Origin: a virus
UHGV virus genome: UHGV-1369056
DNA: 39,253 nt
Direction: 5' to 3' (one strand)
Shown: piece by piece, positions 1-7,887 of the stretch
Layout of the letters: every line of letters starts with the position of its first letter
Position numbering within the stretch: position 1 is the stretch's first letter
Notes under the pieces: model-generated
Seen by the model: the letters and a program-made list of their open reading frames with translations, nothing else
What the model was told of the DNA's origin: nothing
The model's database searches: none
Position numbers and translations under genes: made by a program

Positions 1-78
1 ACAACCATAAGTCACAACCATAAGTCACAACCATAAGTCACAACCATAAGTCACAACCATAAGTCACAACCATAAGAC
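1..78. repeat. Tandem array of a 13-bp unit ACAACCATAAGTC (5 perfect copies plus 1 imperfect copy); the array continues across the window boundary
   Basis: Direct reading: units at 1-13, 14-26, 27-39, 40-52, 53-65, variant acaaccataagac at 66-78. The last 13 nt of the window (ataaccataagtc) are a further near-copy. Confidence 0.9.
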
Positions 79-722
79 ACCAACGCCTACAGTCAAAGGC
101 CTACAGTTAATCGACACACAGCTATAGACTTAAGGTCAAAGACATGTTAGTCAAAGACTATATCCTCTTACACCATGGGGCCGACGATAGCTTACTCAAT
201 ATTATTTCAAATTACCTATTGACTACAGGTCTAGACTATGGCTTAATAGATTCCGTCAACACGACACGGCAACAACCGATAGTGAAGACGCCGGGTCATC
301 CCGGTTAAGTAGACAGCCTGATAAGTCATACGAACAACAGGCAGATGACAGAAGCAGTTGACAAGCTGTACCGACTTAAAGTAGTATGTACCACGTAGCA
401 AGATGGCGTAGGGATAGGAACCGAGAAACCTGCCCGAGACCAGCCAAGGATAAGGCACCAGCTGTGAGTCGAATTCGGTCACTCACCGCATAAAAGAATA
501 ACAGGTTGACAGCCTCCTTTAAAAGCTGTAAGCTGTACCACATCGAAACGACAGTGAGTCCCAACACTGAAACGGGATAGCACGGCGACGACAGCCAACG
601 CGAATGCTCTTTAACAATCTGGATAAACTCTTAATGTGCGCCGATAGCGACTAACTACAGGGTCTTTGAGTCTACATCTGAAGGCCTTGACTGATAGTCA
701 CTAACTTAAATAGGGTAACATT

Positions 723-899
723 ATGAAAATCATAGCGATGAACGAAGAACTGGGCGTAATCTGGTATACGGCTAACGACTATAAGTATCGCACTAAGCAT
801 GTGATAATCTACGGATTGTCTAAGACTGAGTGGGATAGCCGTGAGCAAGCGCAGGACGCGTTCAATAAGTGCCTGAACCATGCGTTCAATTGCCAGTGA
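723..899 (+). CDS. Hypothetical small early protein (58 aa, MKIIAMNEELGVIWYTANDYKYRT...)
   Basis: ATG at 723, TGA at 897-899, read by hand (below the 60-aa cutoff of the ORF track). Same strand as all other genes; preceded by a copy of the repeated early element tgatagtcactaac. Weak SD. Confidence 0.35.
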   Translation: MKIIAMNEELGVIWYTANDYKYRTKHVIIYGLSKTEWDSREQAQDAFNKCLNHAFNCQ

Positions 900-980
900 T
901 TAACTACAGGTCGTTAGACTCATAGCGGCCTGATTGATAGTCACTAACATACACACAATTAACTTTGAGAGGATATAAAT

Positions 981-1325
981 ATGGAACGTAACGCTAACGC
1001 ATACTATGACCTGCTGGCTGCAACCGTTGAGCTGTTCAATGAGCGTATTCAGTACGACGAAATAGCTGAAGGCGATGATTATTACGATGCGCTGCATGAA
1101 GTCGTAGACTATATGGTTCCGCACTATTACCACGAGATTTTCACGGTAATGGCTGCTGATGGTATAGACCACGAGTTTGAGGACTCTGGGCTGATGCCTG
1201 AAACCAAGGATGTAACGCGTATACTGCAAGCCCGCATCTATGAGGCGCTTTATAACGACGTGTCTAATAGCTCGGATGTGGTCTGGTTTGAGGATGAAGA
1301 GGCAGACGAGGAGGATTGCGAGTGA
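981..1325 (+). CDS. ocr: Ocr-like anti-restriction protein (T7 gp0.3 homologue), DNA mimic
   Basis: 114-aa acidic protein; the segment VPHYYHEIFTVMAADGIDHEFEDSGLMPETKDVTRILQARIYE closely matches T7 Ocr as recalled (VPHYY..IF.VMA.EGID.EFEDSGLMPDTKDV.RILQARIYE); acidic C-terminus; SD gagagg upstream. Confidence 0.9.
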   Translation: MERNANAYYDLLAATVELFNERIQYDEIAEGDDYYDALHEVVDYMVPHYYHEIFTVMAADGIDHEFEDSGLMPETKDVTRILQARIYEALYNDVSNSSDVVWFEDEEADEEDCE

Positions 1326-1482
1326 TAGTGACTTATGGTCTCTGCCAGCACCACGTCACCAACGCCCGGCTTATGGTCAAGACCGGGCAGTTAAACCACG
1401 ATGCGACTATGCGCCACCTGAAAGCGGTCTATGAGGGCCGCAAGCGTATACACGACAGCTTACACGATGAGGATAACCAACA

Positions 1483-1683
1483 ATGACACGCAACGATATA
1501 ATTGATAGACTTAAGTCCGTATATCTGGTAGGTGATGGGCCAATACGCATAACTGCCAAGAGCTATGAAGGCAACATACTAGCACCTGAGGGCACAGCAT
1601 ATCGGATATCATTTACCGACCTTATCACCTCCAAGCGTAGGACCGTTACGCTGTGGCCTAACACTGTAGGATTCCAAGGGTAA
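1483..1683 (+). CDS. Hypothetical early protein (66 aa)
   Basis: ORF in the early region, + strand, SD-like gaggat upstream; no recognisable motif. Confidence 0.4.
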   Translation: MTRNDIIDRLKSVYLVGDGPIRITAKSYEGNILAPEGTAYRISFTDLITSKRRTVTLWPNTVGFQG

Positions 1684-1689
1684 GCAGAA

Positions 1690-1815
1690 ATGTACCAGAT
1701 AACTTATAGCAGTGAACAGGCGTTCTACGATGGGTGCTACGAGATGATGAAGCGCGGGGCTTGCTACGTGGCTAATCACCATAGCTTGACCATAACGCTG
1801 ACAGGTGGATACTGA
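1690..1815 (+). CDS. Hypothetical small early protein (41 aa, MYQITYSSEQAFYDGCYEMMKRGACYVANHH...)
   Basis: Hand-read ORF, ATG 1690 to TGA 1813-1815; below the ORF-track cutoff; Cys/His-containing; weak SD. Confidence 0.25.
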   Translation: MYQITYSSEQAFYDGCYEMMKRGACYVANHHSLTITLTGGY

Positions 1816-1971
1816 GTGATAAACGAGAGGTCATCGACTGATAGGTGGCCTCAAAGATTATCACTTACATTGATAGGGGTTAACTATGAGTGTGGGATAT
1901 TTGGTATGCCTAGCGCCAGTTATCTGGATGATAGGTTATGGGATATACGATTGTATTAAACGGAAATCACT

Positions 1972-2169
1972 ATGAGTATCGAACTATTGATAGCCATAGG
2001 CTATGGACTTATCGCCTACATGCTGATGAGAGACATCAACAAGGCACGTAAAGTCTATAAATTCAACTATGCACGTCTGGGCCGCTGGACTGTACGCCAA
2101 CCTAATGGGCGATTCGCGCGTAACTTAGCGAACGTCTGGGATATAGCAACTCTTGGGAGCAAACTGTAA
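1972..2169 (+). CDS. Hypothetical early protein (65 aa) with hydrophobic N-terminus (possible membrane anchor)
   Basis: ORF on + strand; N-terminal LLIAIGYGLIAYML hydrophobic stretch; stop overlaps the next ORF start (TAATG). Confidence 0.4.
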   Translation: MSIELLIAIGYGLIAYMLMRDINKARKVYKFNYARLGRWTVRQPNGRFARNLANVWDIATLGSKL

Positions 2170-2495
2170 TGAACAAGTCATACGGGATTAATTTGGTACG
2201 CTCTATGGACGCAGAAATGAACATGTTAAGCCTACTGGCTACCGGGTATCGTCACGGAACGTCAAGTCACACCGCACGTCAACAGCAGGAGCGGGACCGT
2301 GTACTACAGGCACGACTCAGGGCAGAGGGCCATAAGTCCGAGCTGATGTGTCTGGCGTATGGTGGACGACCAATCACCGACGATGGTAAACTTCTGGTCT
2401 CAGGCTGGAAGGCGATAGACCAACGGTCAACCATCAAGCACACGACTCACGGTGACTTCAGTCATCTTCACGCTAACCCTCTGATATGCAAGTAA
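2169..2495 (+). CDS. Hypothetical early protein (108 aa), in the position T7 gene 0.7 occupies but not a protein kinase
   Basis: ORF directly upstream of the RNA polymerase gene; no kinase motifs and far too short for a gp0.7 homologue. Confidence 0.45.
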   Translation: MNKSYGINLVRSMDAEMNMLSLLATGYRHGTSSHTARQQQERDRVLQARLRAEGHKSELMCLAYGGRPITDDGKLLVSGWKAIDQRSTIKHTTHGDFSHLHANPLICK

Positions 2496-2500
2496 TTATG

Positions 2501-2523
2501 ACTTAACTATCACTATAGGACTC
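2501..2523 (+). promoter_or_regulatory. Phage RNAP promoter (-17..+6), ACTTAACTATCACTATAGGACTC
   Basis: Matches the 11-copy consensus cTAAACTATCACTATAGG; the CACTATAG core is identical to the T7 class III core; sits upstream of gene 1. Confidence 0.75.
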
Positions 2524-2592
2524 AAGGTCTAAGACTCCAAGTGAAAGACCAAAGAGACTTTAAGTGAAAGACTAATAACAAGGACTTTAAGT

Positions 2593-5274
2593 ATGAGCGT
2601 CATCTCTATTGAAAAACACGACTTCTCTGATGTGTCGAACGCCATTGAGCCGTTTAACCTGCTGGCTGACCACTACGGGCAAGACCTTGCAGTCAAACAG
2701 CTTCAGCTTGAGCACGAGGCATACACTGAAGGCGAGCGACGTTTCATCAAGAACCTTGAGCGCCAGACTGAGCGCGGGGAACTGGCAGACAATCAGGTCG
2801 CCAAGCCTTTGATGCAGACTCTGGTCCCTAAGATTGCGCAAGCCGTAAGGGAGTGGCATGAAGGGCCAGACGGGAAGCTGTCAACCTCTCGTCCTAGCGT
2901 GGCGTTCACCATGTTGAGCACTGAAGAGAAGGCCGTCAAGGACCGCTCTCTGCGCATCTCATGTGAGTCTGCTGCGGTTATCATACTGAAGGTCATACTC
3001 TCCAAGCTGGTCAAGCCTGAAGGGATACCGATTACACCGATGGCCTCCGCGATAGGTCGCACACTTGAGGACGAAATCCGCTTCGGCCGCATCCGTGACA
3101 AGGAGAAAGAGCACTTCAAGAAGGCGATAGCTGATAACCTGAATAAGCGGGCCGGGGCGTCCTACAAGAAAGCCTACATGCAAGCGGTCGAGGCATCCAT
3201 GCTGGAGCAAGGCCAACTGGAAGATGCGTGGGGGACTTGGAGTCCTACAGAGGCTGTCCACGTTGGCATCAAGATGCTTGAGATTGTCATCCAGTCAACA
3301 CAACTGGTCGAGCTTAAGCGGTACGGTGCTGGCAATGCAGCGGCTGACGTAGAGATGGTCCACCTGTCAGACTGCTGGGTCAAGAAGATGGCACAACGAG
3401 GATTCAGCCTTGCGGGTATCGCTCCAGTCTACCAGCCTTGCGTCGTTCCACCTAAGCCGTGGACTGGTGTCGTAGGCGGTGGGTACTGGGCCAAAGGTCG
3501 CAGACCGCTGCCCCTGATTCGCTTAGGGTCTAAGTCAGCGGTGGCACGTTATGAAGACGTATACATGCCTGAAGTCTATGACGCTGTGAATATCATCCAG
3601 AATACACCTTGGAAAGTGAACAAGAAGGTGCTGGACGTGGTGAACATGGTCGAGAAGTTGAACAACACACCTATTGATGACATCCCTCAGATGGAGCCAC
3701 TGAAGCCTGAAGACTATGCGGGTGAGACTGAAGAGGAACTCAAGGCATGGAAGAAGGCTGCTGCTGGTATCTACCGCCGAGAGAAGGCCCGGCAGTCACG
3801 TAGATTGTCACTGAGCTTTATCGTTAACCAAGCGAACAAGTTCTCTCAGTTCAAGGCCATCTGGTTTCCGTACAACATGGACTGGCGCGGTCGCGTCTAC
3901 GCTGTGCCGATGTTCAACCCTCAGGGTAACGACATGCAAAAGGGTCTCCTGACTCTGGCAGTCGGTAAGCCTATTGGTGCTGATGGTTTCAAATGGCTGA
4001 AGGTCCACGGTGCAAACTGTGCGGGTATTGATAAAGTAACCTTCGAGGAGCGCATCAAGTGGGTGGAAGATAACCACGACAACATCATGGCTACCGCTAA
4101 GGCACCGATGGACAGCATTGAGTGGTGGGGTAAGTTAGACTCTCCGTTCTGCTTCCTAGCGTTCTGCTTCGAGTATGCTGGCGTAATGCACCACGGTTTG
4201 TCTTACTCCTGCTCGCTGCCGATAGCTTTCGATGGGTCCTGCTCTGGGATTCAGCACTTCAGCGCGATGCTTCGTGACCACATCGGTGGGCATGCAGTAA
4301 ACCTAACGCCATCCGGTAAGGTCCAAGACATCTATCGCATTGTGTCTGACCGCATTGAGGAGGAACTCAAAGTCCTGCTGGTTAACGGTACGGACAACGA
4401 GATGGCAACTCACGAGGACAAGAAAACTGGTGAGATTACCGAGCGTCTCAAGCTGGGGACACGAGAGCTGGCCCGTCAGTGGCTGACCTACGGTATGTCA
4501 CGCAAGGTCACTAAGCGTTCGGTCATGACTCTGGCCTACGGGTCGAAAGAGTACGGCTTCGCAGACCAAGTATACGAGGACATCGTGATGCCAGCGATTG
4601 ACTCAGGGTCTGGCGCTATGTTCACTGAACCAAGCCAAGCGTCTCGCTTCATGGCTAAGATGATTTGGGAAGCTGTGAGTGTGACAGTAGTTGCTGCGGT
4701 TGACGCGATGAAGTGGCTTCAAGGTGCTGCCAAGCTGCTGGCTGCTGAGGTGAAGGACAAGAAGACTGGAGAAATCCTGAAGCCTTGTCTTCCGGTACAC
4801 TGGGTCACACCTGATGGGTTCCCGGTATGGCAGGAATACCGCAAGAAGGATACCACTCGTCTGAACCTGATGTTCTTAGGGTCATTCAACCTTCAGCCTA
4901 CAGTCAACAAAGGCACGAAGAAAGAGCTGGACAAGCACAAGCAGGAGTCAGGCATTAGCCCGAACTTCGTCCACTCACAAGATGGTAGCCACCTCCGAAA
5001 GACTGTAGTCCACACTCACCGCAAGTATGGCGTGATGTCATTCGCAGTGATTCACGATAGCTTCGGGACCATCCCGGCTGACGCTGAGTATCTGTTCCGT
5101 GGCGTCCGTGAGACGATGGTAGAGACTTACCGCGACAACGATGTGCTGCTTGACTTCTACGAGCAGTTTGAATACCAGCTTCACGAGAGCCAGCGCGACA
5201 AGTTGCCTGAGCTTCCGAAGAAAGGTAAACTGAATATCGAGGACATCTTGTCTTCAGACTTTGCATTCGCTTAA
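2593..5274 (+). CDS. 1: Single-subunit DNA-directed RNA polymerase (T7 gene 1 homologue)
   Basis: 893 aa; C-terminus ...HSQDGSHLRK...IHDSFGTIPADA...FAFA and many internal blocks are characteristic of T7-type RNAP; SD upstream. Confidence 0.98.
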   Translation: MSVISIEKHDFSDVSNAIEPFNLLADHYGQDLAVKQLQLEHEAYTEGERRFIKNLERQTERGELADNQVAKPLMQTLVPKIAQAVREWHEGPDGKLSTSRPSVAFTMLSTEEKAVKDRSLRISCESAAVIILKVILSKLVKPEGIPITPMASAIGRTLEDEIRFGRIRDKEKEHFKKAIADNLNKRAGASYKKAYMQAVEASMLEQGQLEDAWGTWSPTEAVHVGIKMLEIVIQSTQLVELKRYGAGNAAADVEMVHLSDCWVKKMAQRGFSLAGIAPVYQPCVVPPKPWTGVVGGGYWAKGRRPLPLIRLGSKSAVARYEDVYMPEVYDAVNIIQNTPWKVNKKVLDVVNMVEKLNNTPIDDIPQMEPLKPEDYAGETEEELKAWKKAAAGIYRREKARQSRRLSLSFIVNQANKFSQFKAIWFPYNMDWRGRVYAVPMFNPQGNDMQKGLLTLAVGKPIGADGFKWLKVHGANCAGIDKVTFEERIKWVEDNHDNIMATAKAPMDSIEWWGKLDSPFCFLAFCFEYAGVMHHGLSYSCSLPIAFDGSCSGIQHFSAMLRDHIGGHAVNLTPSGKVQDIYRIVSDRIEEELKVLLVNGTDNEMATHEDKKTGEITERLKLGTRELARQWLTYGMSRKVTKRSVMTLAYGSKEYGFADQVYEDIVMPAIDSGSGAMFTEPSQASRFMAKMIWEAVSVTVVAAVDAMKWLQGAAKLLAAEVKDKKTGEILKPCLPVHWVTPDGFPVWQEYRKKDTTRLNLMFLGSFNLQPTVNKGTKKELDKHKQESGISPNFVHSQDGSHLRKTVVHTHRKYGVMSFAVIHDSFGTIPADAEYLFRGVRETMVETYRDNDVLLDFYEQFEYQLHESQRDKLPELPKKGKLNIEDILSSDFAFA

Positions 5275-5289
5275 CAGCAGGAGAAGTAT

Positions 5290-5520
5290 ATGTCAATGAA
5301 ACTTGTAGCACACAACAAGGCATTCAACGATGGGTCAGGACGTTGCCATGTAGAGCTTACTTATAAGGATTTAGTCATTCTCCGCGAAAGATTACAAGCA
5401 GGTGTGACTGGGTGGATTCAACCTAACGAGTACAACCTTATAGCCTCGATTGATGAAGTGCTTAACGCGTGGAGGGAAGACGAGCGCACTCAATATCCGT
5501 CATTCCCTATGATTAGATAA
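5290..5520 (+). CDS. Hypothetical protein (76 aa), accessory gene between gene 1 and gene 1.1
   Basis: ORF with SD gcaggagaagt upstream; no T7 counterpart recalled at this position. Confidence 0.5.
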   Translation: MSMKLVAHNKAFNDGSGRCHVELTYKDLVILRERLQAGVTGWIQPNEYNLIASIDEVLNAWREDERTQYPSFPMIR

Positions 5521-5530
5521 GGAGAGAGTT

Positions 5531-5746
5531 ATGAATTTTGCACACAAGCAGGCTGGAGTTAAGGGCGGGACTCAAATCGTGACCGTAACAGAACACAACG
5601 GCAAGGGTCTGGTGAAGACCACTGTCATTCCTACCGAGATGTCAAAACAGCTTAACGTCCCATTCAAGACCCTCGTCTATCTTGTGGAATCCAGCCACGA
5701 GAAGTACCTGAAAGACGCAGTGTCCAAGCTGGAGCAGACCAAATGA
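5531..5746 (+). CDS. Hypothetical protein (71 aa), accessory gene between gene 1 and gene 1.1
   Basis: ORF with SD aaggagag upstream; unknown function. Confidence 0.5.
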   Translation: MNFAHKQAGVKGGTQIVTVTEHNGKGLVKTTVIPTEMSKQLNVPFKTLVYLVESSHEKYLKDAVSKLEQTK

Positions 5747-5820
5747 CACACCTACAGTTACTGGCCTTGTGGCTGGGAGCACTAGCAGTATTCACTTTAA
5801 TCCAACGCAGAAGAGGTTGA

Positions 5821-5843
5821 CCTAAACTATCACTATAGGATTA
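5821..5843 (+). promoter_or_regulatory. Phage RNAP promoter, CCTAAACTATCACTATAGGATTA
   Basis: Consensus match; upstream of gene 1.1 (as T7 phi1.1). Confidence 0.8.
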
Positions 5844-5890
5844 GACTCAAGGTCATGACTTAAAGTCGTGGCCTTCATGATTAACCCTAT
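5834..5890 (+). promoter_or_regulatory. RNase III-like processing stem-loop (copy A of 3)
   Basis: Upper stem aaggtcatgac/gtcgtggcctt (5849-5859 / 5865-5875, including G-U pairs) with loop ttaaa, flanked by lower stem tatagg/cctata. Shares the motif agactcaaggtcat...gtggcctt with copies at 12895 and 35630, with compensatory changes. Confidence 0.55.
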
Positions 5891-5914
5891 AACCTAAACA
5901 ACTGGAGCTACAAC

Positions 5915-6094
5915 ATGTATCAGAACACTATCAACTTCGAGCGCATCCGTGAACGTCAGAAGACTGAAGGCTACATTCCGAAGGGCCGCAAGCTGAACAA
6001 GACAAAGCGTGGAGGCGGTGTCAAAGGTGCTTTCCGTAACGCTGAAGGCAAAGACTCTATGGTCAACCAAGAGAAATACTTCGTAGGAGCATAA
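5915..6094 (+). CDS. 1.1: gp1.1-like small basic protein (59 aa)
   Basis: Hand-read ORF; contains KGRKLNKTKR, matching the T7 gp1.1 motif (GRKLNKTKR) as recalled; SD ctggagc upstream. Confidence 0.65.
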   Translation: MYQNTINFERIRERQKTEGYIPKGRKLNKTKRGGGVKGAFRNAEGKDSMVNQEKYFVGA

Positions 6095-6096
6095 AC

Positions 6097-6384
6097 ATGG
6101 GCATGTTTTCAAGAGCGCATAGCGGCAACCTGAACACTCTGCGTACAGCCATCCACAACTGGCAGACCGAGACGGAATACAATGCAGAGGTCAGCACTTG
6201 GTTTGACCCAGTGATGAACAGGCACTGCGTCCGGGTGGTTATAGTCCACAGCCATACGAAAGAGGTCCTAATCGAGAAGGACTTCACGGAGTACCCGAAT
6301 ATTCATGACGAAGACGTGCAGACCGTAGCGGTTGCCACTTGGTTTAACAAACAGTTCAACGACTACACTGGTCGATTCCTTTAA
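6097..6384 (+). CDS. 1.2: gp1.2-like protein (host dGTPase inhibitor homologue)
   Basis: 95 aa; N-terminus MGMFSRAHSGNL resembles T7 gp1.2 (MGRLYSGNL); position between 1.1 and ligase. Confidence 0.7.
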   Translation: MGMFSRAHSGNLNTLRTAIHNWQTETEYNAEVSTWFDPVMNRHCVRVVIVHSHTKEVLIEKDFTEYPNIHDEDVQTVAVATWFNKQFNDYTGRFL

Positions 6385-6401
6385 TTCTGGAGACATTAAC
6401 G

Positions 6402-7493
6402 ATGACAACTATCAAAACTAACCCGCACCGCGCTGTAGATTACTCTGAGTCTGGCGTTAAGAAGGCGCTGGCTGCTGCCGGGTCTCTGGAAGCTGAAGTT
6501 AAGTATGACGGTGTGCGGTTGAATATTCCGGTCTTCCCTGATGGGCGAACTGAATGGTTAAGCCGTGAGTCAAAGACGCTTCCGGCCTTAGACCATTTGT
6601 CAACAGTTGGTCAGGACATCGGAGCATGCCGTGCGTCCGACTGGCGATGGTTCCTGAAGCAAGCAGGACATGAAGTCTCTGGCCTGATGATTGACGGAGA
6701 GGTGATGGTCAAGGGTGTAGACTTCAACACATCCTCAGGTCTTATCCGCACCATGTGGTCTGACCGCAAGAACTACAAGTGGAACATTAACCCTAAGGCC
6801 GATATGGAGACCAAGAAGTCTAACAAGGTTCCATTCCAGATTAGCCCTGAGTTCCTACAAGTGGTCGTCTACGGGGTCATCGACCTTAACGTCATCAACG
6901 ACCCGAAAGCCGAAGGTCCCATCCATAGCGTCACTCGCCTGAAGGCCGAAGCTATTGTCCCTCTCCTCCAGAAATACTTCCCGGAAATCGACTGGGTTCT
7001 GTCTGAGTCTCACACGGTCTATGACCTTGAGTCGCTCAACTCCCTGTACGAACAGAAGCGTCTGGAAGGACATGAGGGTCTGGTAGTCAAGGACCCGCTG
7101 GGTAAATACAAGCGTGGCAAGAAGTCTGGCATGTGGAAAATGAAGCCTGAGGAGACCATCGACGGGACCGTGTGTGGCCTCGTGTGGGGGACTCCTGGTA
7201 AGGCGAACGAAGGTAAGGTGATTGGCTTCGAGGTGCTGCTTGAGGATGGCATGGTGGTTAACGCCTGTGGTCTGACTGAAGAACAGAAGGACGAGTTCAC
7301 AGCTAAGGTTAAACAGACCATTAGCTTCCGTGAGGACTTTGAAGACTTCGGGTCTGAACCTGAAGACACCAACCCCTACCACGGCTGGCAGTGTGAAGTC
7401 CTATTCATGGAGCGGTTCCCGGATGGCTCACTCCGTCATCCCAGCTTCAAGTGCTGGCGTGGAACGGAAGACAATCCAACCGTTAAGAGCTAA
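6402..7493 (+). CDS. 1.3: ATP-dependent DNA ligase (T7 gene 1.3 homologue)
   Basis: 363 aa; adenylation lysine motif EVKYDGVR; blocks KGVDFNTSSGL, EGHEGLVVKDP, KRGKKSGMWKMKPE, DGSLRHPSF and GTEDNP match T7 ligase. Confidence 0.96.
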   Translation: MTTIKTNPHRAVDYSESGVKKALAAAGSLEAEVKYDGVRLNIPVFPDGRTEWLSRESKTLPALDHLSTVGQDIGACRASDWRWFLKQAGHEVSGLMIDGEVMVKGVDFNTSSGLIRTMWSDRKNYKWNINPKADMETKKSNKVPFQISPEFLQVVVYGVIDLNVINDPKAEGPIHSVTRLKAEAIVPLLQKYFPEIDWVLSESHTVYDLESLNSLYEQKRLEGHEGLVVKDPLGKYKRGKKSGMWKMKPEETIDGTVCGLVWGTPGKANEGKVIGFEVLLEDGMVVNACGLTEEQKDEFTAKVKQTISFREDFEDFGSEPEDTNPYHGWQCEVLFMERFPDGSLRHPSFKCWRGTEDNPTVKS

Positions 7494-7503
7494 CTAAACG
7501 TCA

Positions 7504-7540
7504 ACCCAGTGGTCTTCGGACTGCTGGGTTTCTTTGCTTT
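7504..7540 (+). terminator. Intrinsic terminator (early TE analogue) with UUCG tetraloop
   Basis: 11-bp stem acccagtggtc/gactgctgggt with loop ttcg, followed by ttctttgcttt; located just after the ligase gene, where T7 TE lies. Confidence 0.7.
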
Positions 7541-7576
7541 GTGCTAGCTAGCTATCGTCTGGGCCACCAGCCTGAC

Positions 7577-7599
7577 CCTAAGCTATCACTATAGGACAA
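7577..7599 (+). promoter_or_regulatory. Phage RNAP promoter, CCTAAGCTATCACTATAGGACAA
   Basis: Consensus match (one deviation, G at -12); upstream of gene 1.6. Confidence 0.7.
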
Positions 7600-7626
7600 C
7601 CATAACTTCGACCTAAGGAGGCCGAC

Positions 7627-7887
7627 ATGTTTAAGAACTTAATGTTCAATCGTTATACCAGTACATTCCACCTGTCTAACAACCCATTCGCTTGCATTGA
7701 GCGCAACGAGAAGCTGGGCTACTTCGGGAAGGCCGTTAAGCTGTCACCTACAGTCTTCGCTCTGATTACTCCGGGTAAAGCTGAAGAGGCTCGCCAGAAG
7801 CGTGAGACCAACGTACCCGTGGTCTACACTAAATGGCCTCGTGTTCGTCTGTTCGTTGAGTTCGTGAAGGAGGTGGTCAATGATTAA
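7627..7887 (+). CDS. 1.6: gp1.6-like protein (86 aa)
   Basis: Position and size equivalent to T7 gene 1.6; strong SD aaggagg; weak similarity only. Confidence 0.55.
   Translation: MFKNLMFNRYTSTFHLSNNPFACIERNEKLGYFGKAVKLSPTVFALITPGKAEEARQKRETNVPVVYTKWPRVRLFVEFVKEVVND

Noticed and set aside
1-78. Possible CRISPR array at the left end
   Set aside because: The repeats are contiguous 13-bp units with no spacers, so this is a simple tandem repeat, not a CRISPR array.
100-180. Minus-strand sequence resembling the T7 A1 early promoter (reverse complement of ctatagacttaaggtcaaag reads CTTTGACCTTAAGTCTATAG)
   Set aside because: It is on the wrong strand for the early operon and the resemblance rests on my memory of the A1 sequence; it could be a minor leftward promoter but I cannot support that.
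243-1229. Minus-strand ORFs in the early region (243-482, 376-567, 672-881, 900-1229)
   Set aside because: They overlap + strand genes (ocr, the 723-899 ORF) or the leader region; there are no promoters or RBS in that orientation, and the whole genome is otherwise unidirectional.
2609-5323. Short alternative-frame and minus-strand ORFs inside the RNA polymerase gene
   Set aside because: Embedded within a confidently assigned 893-aa gene; no independent support.
6855-7382. Minus-strand ORFs 6855-7382 and 7019-7372 inside the ligase gene
   Set aside because: Antisense to a confidently identified ligase gene; no support.
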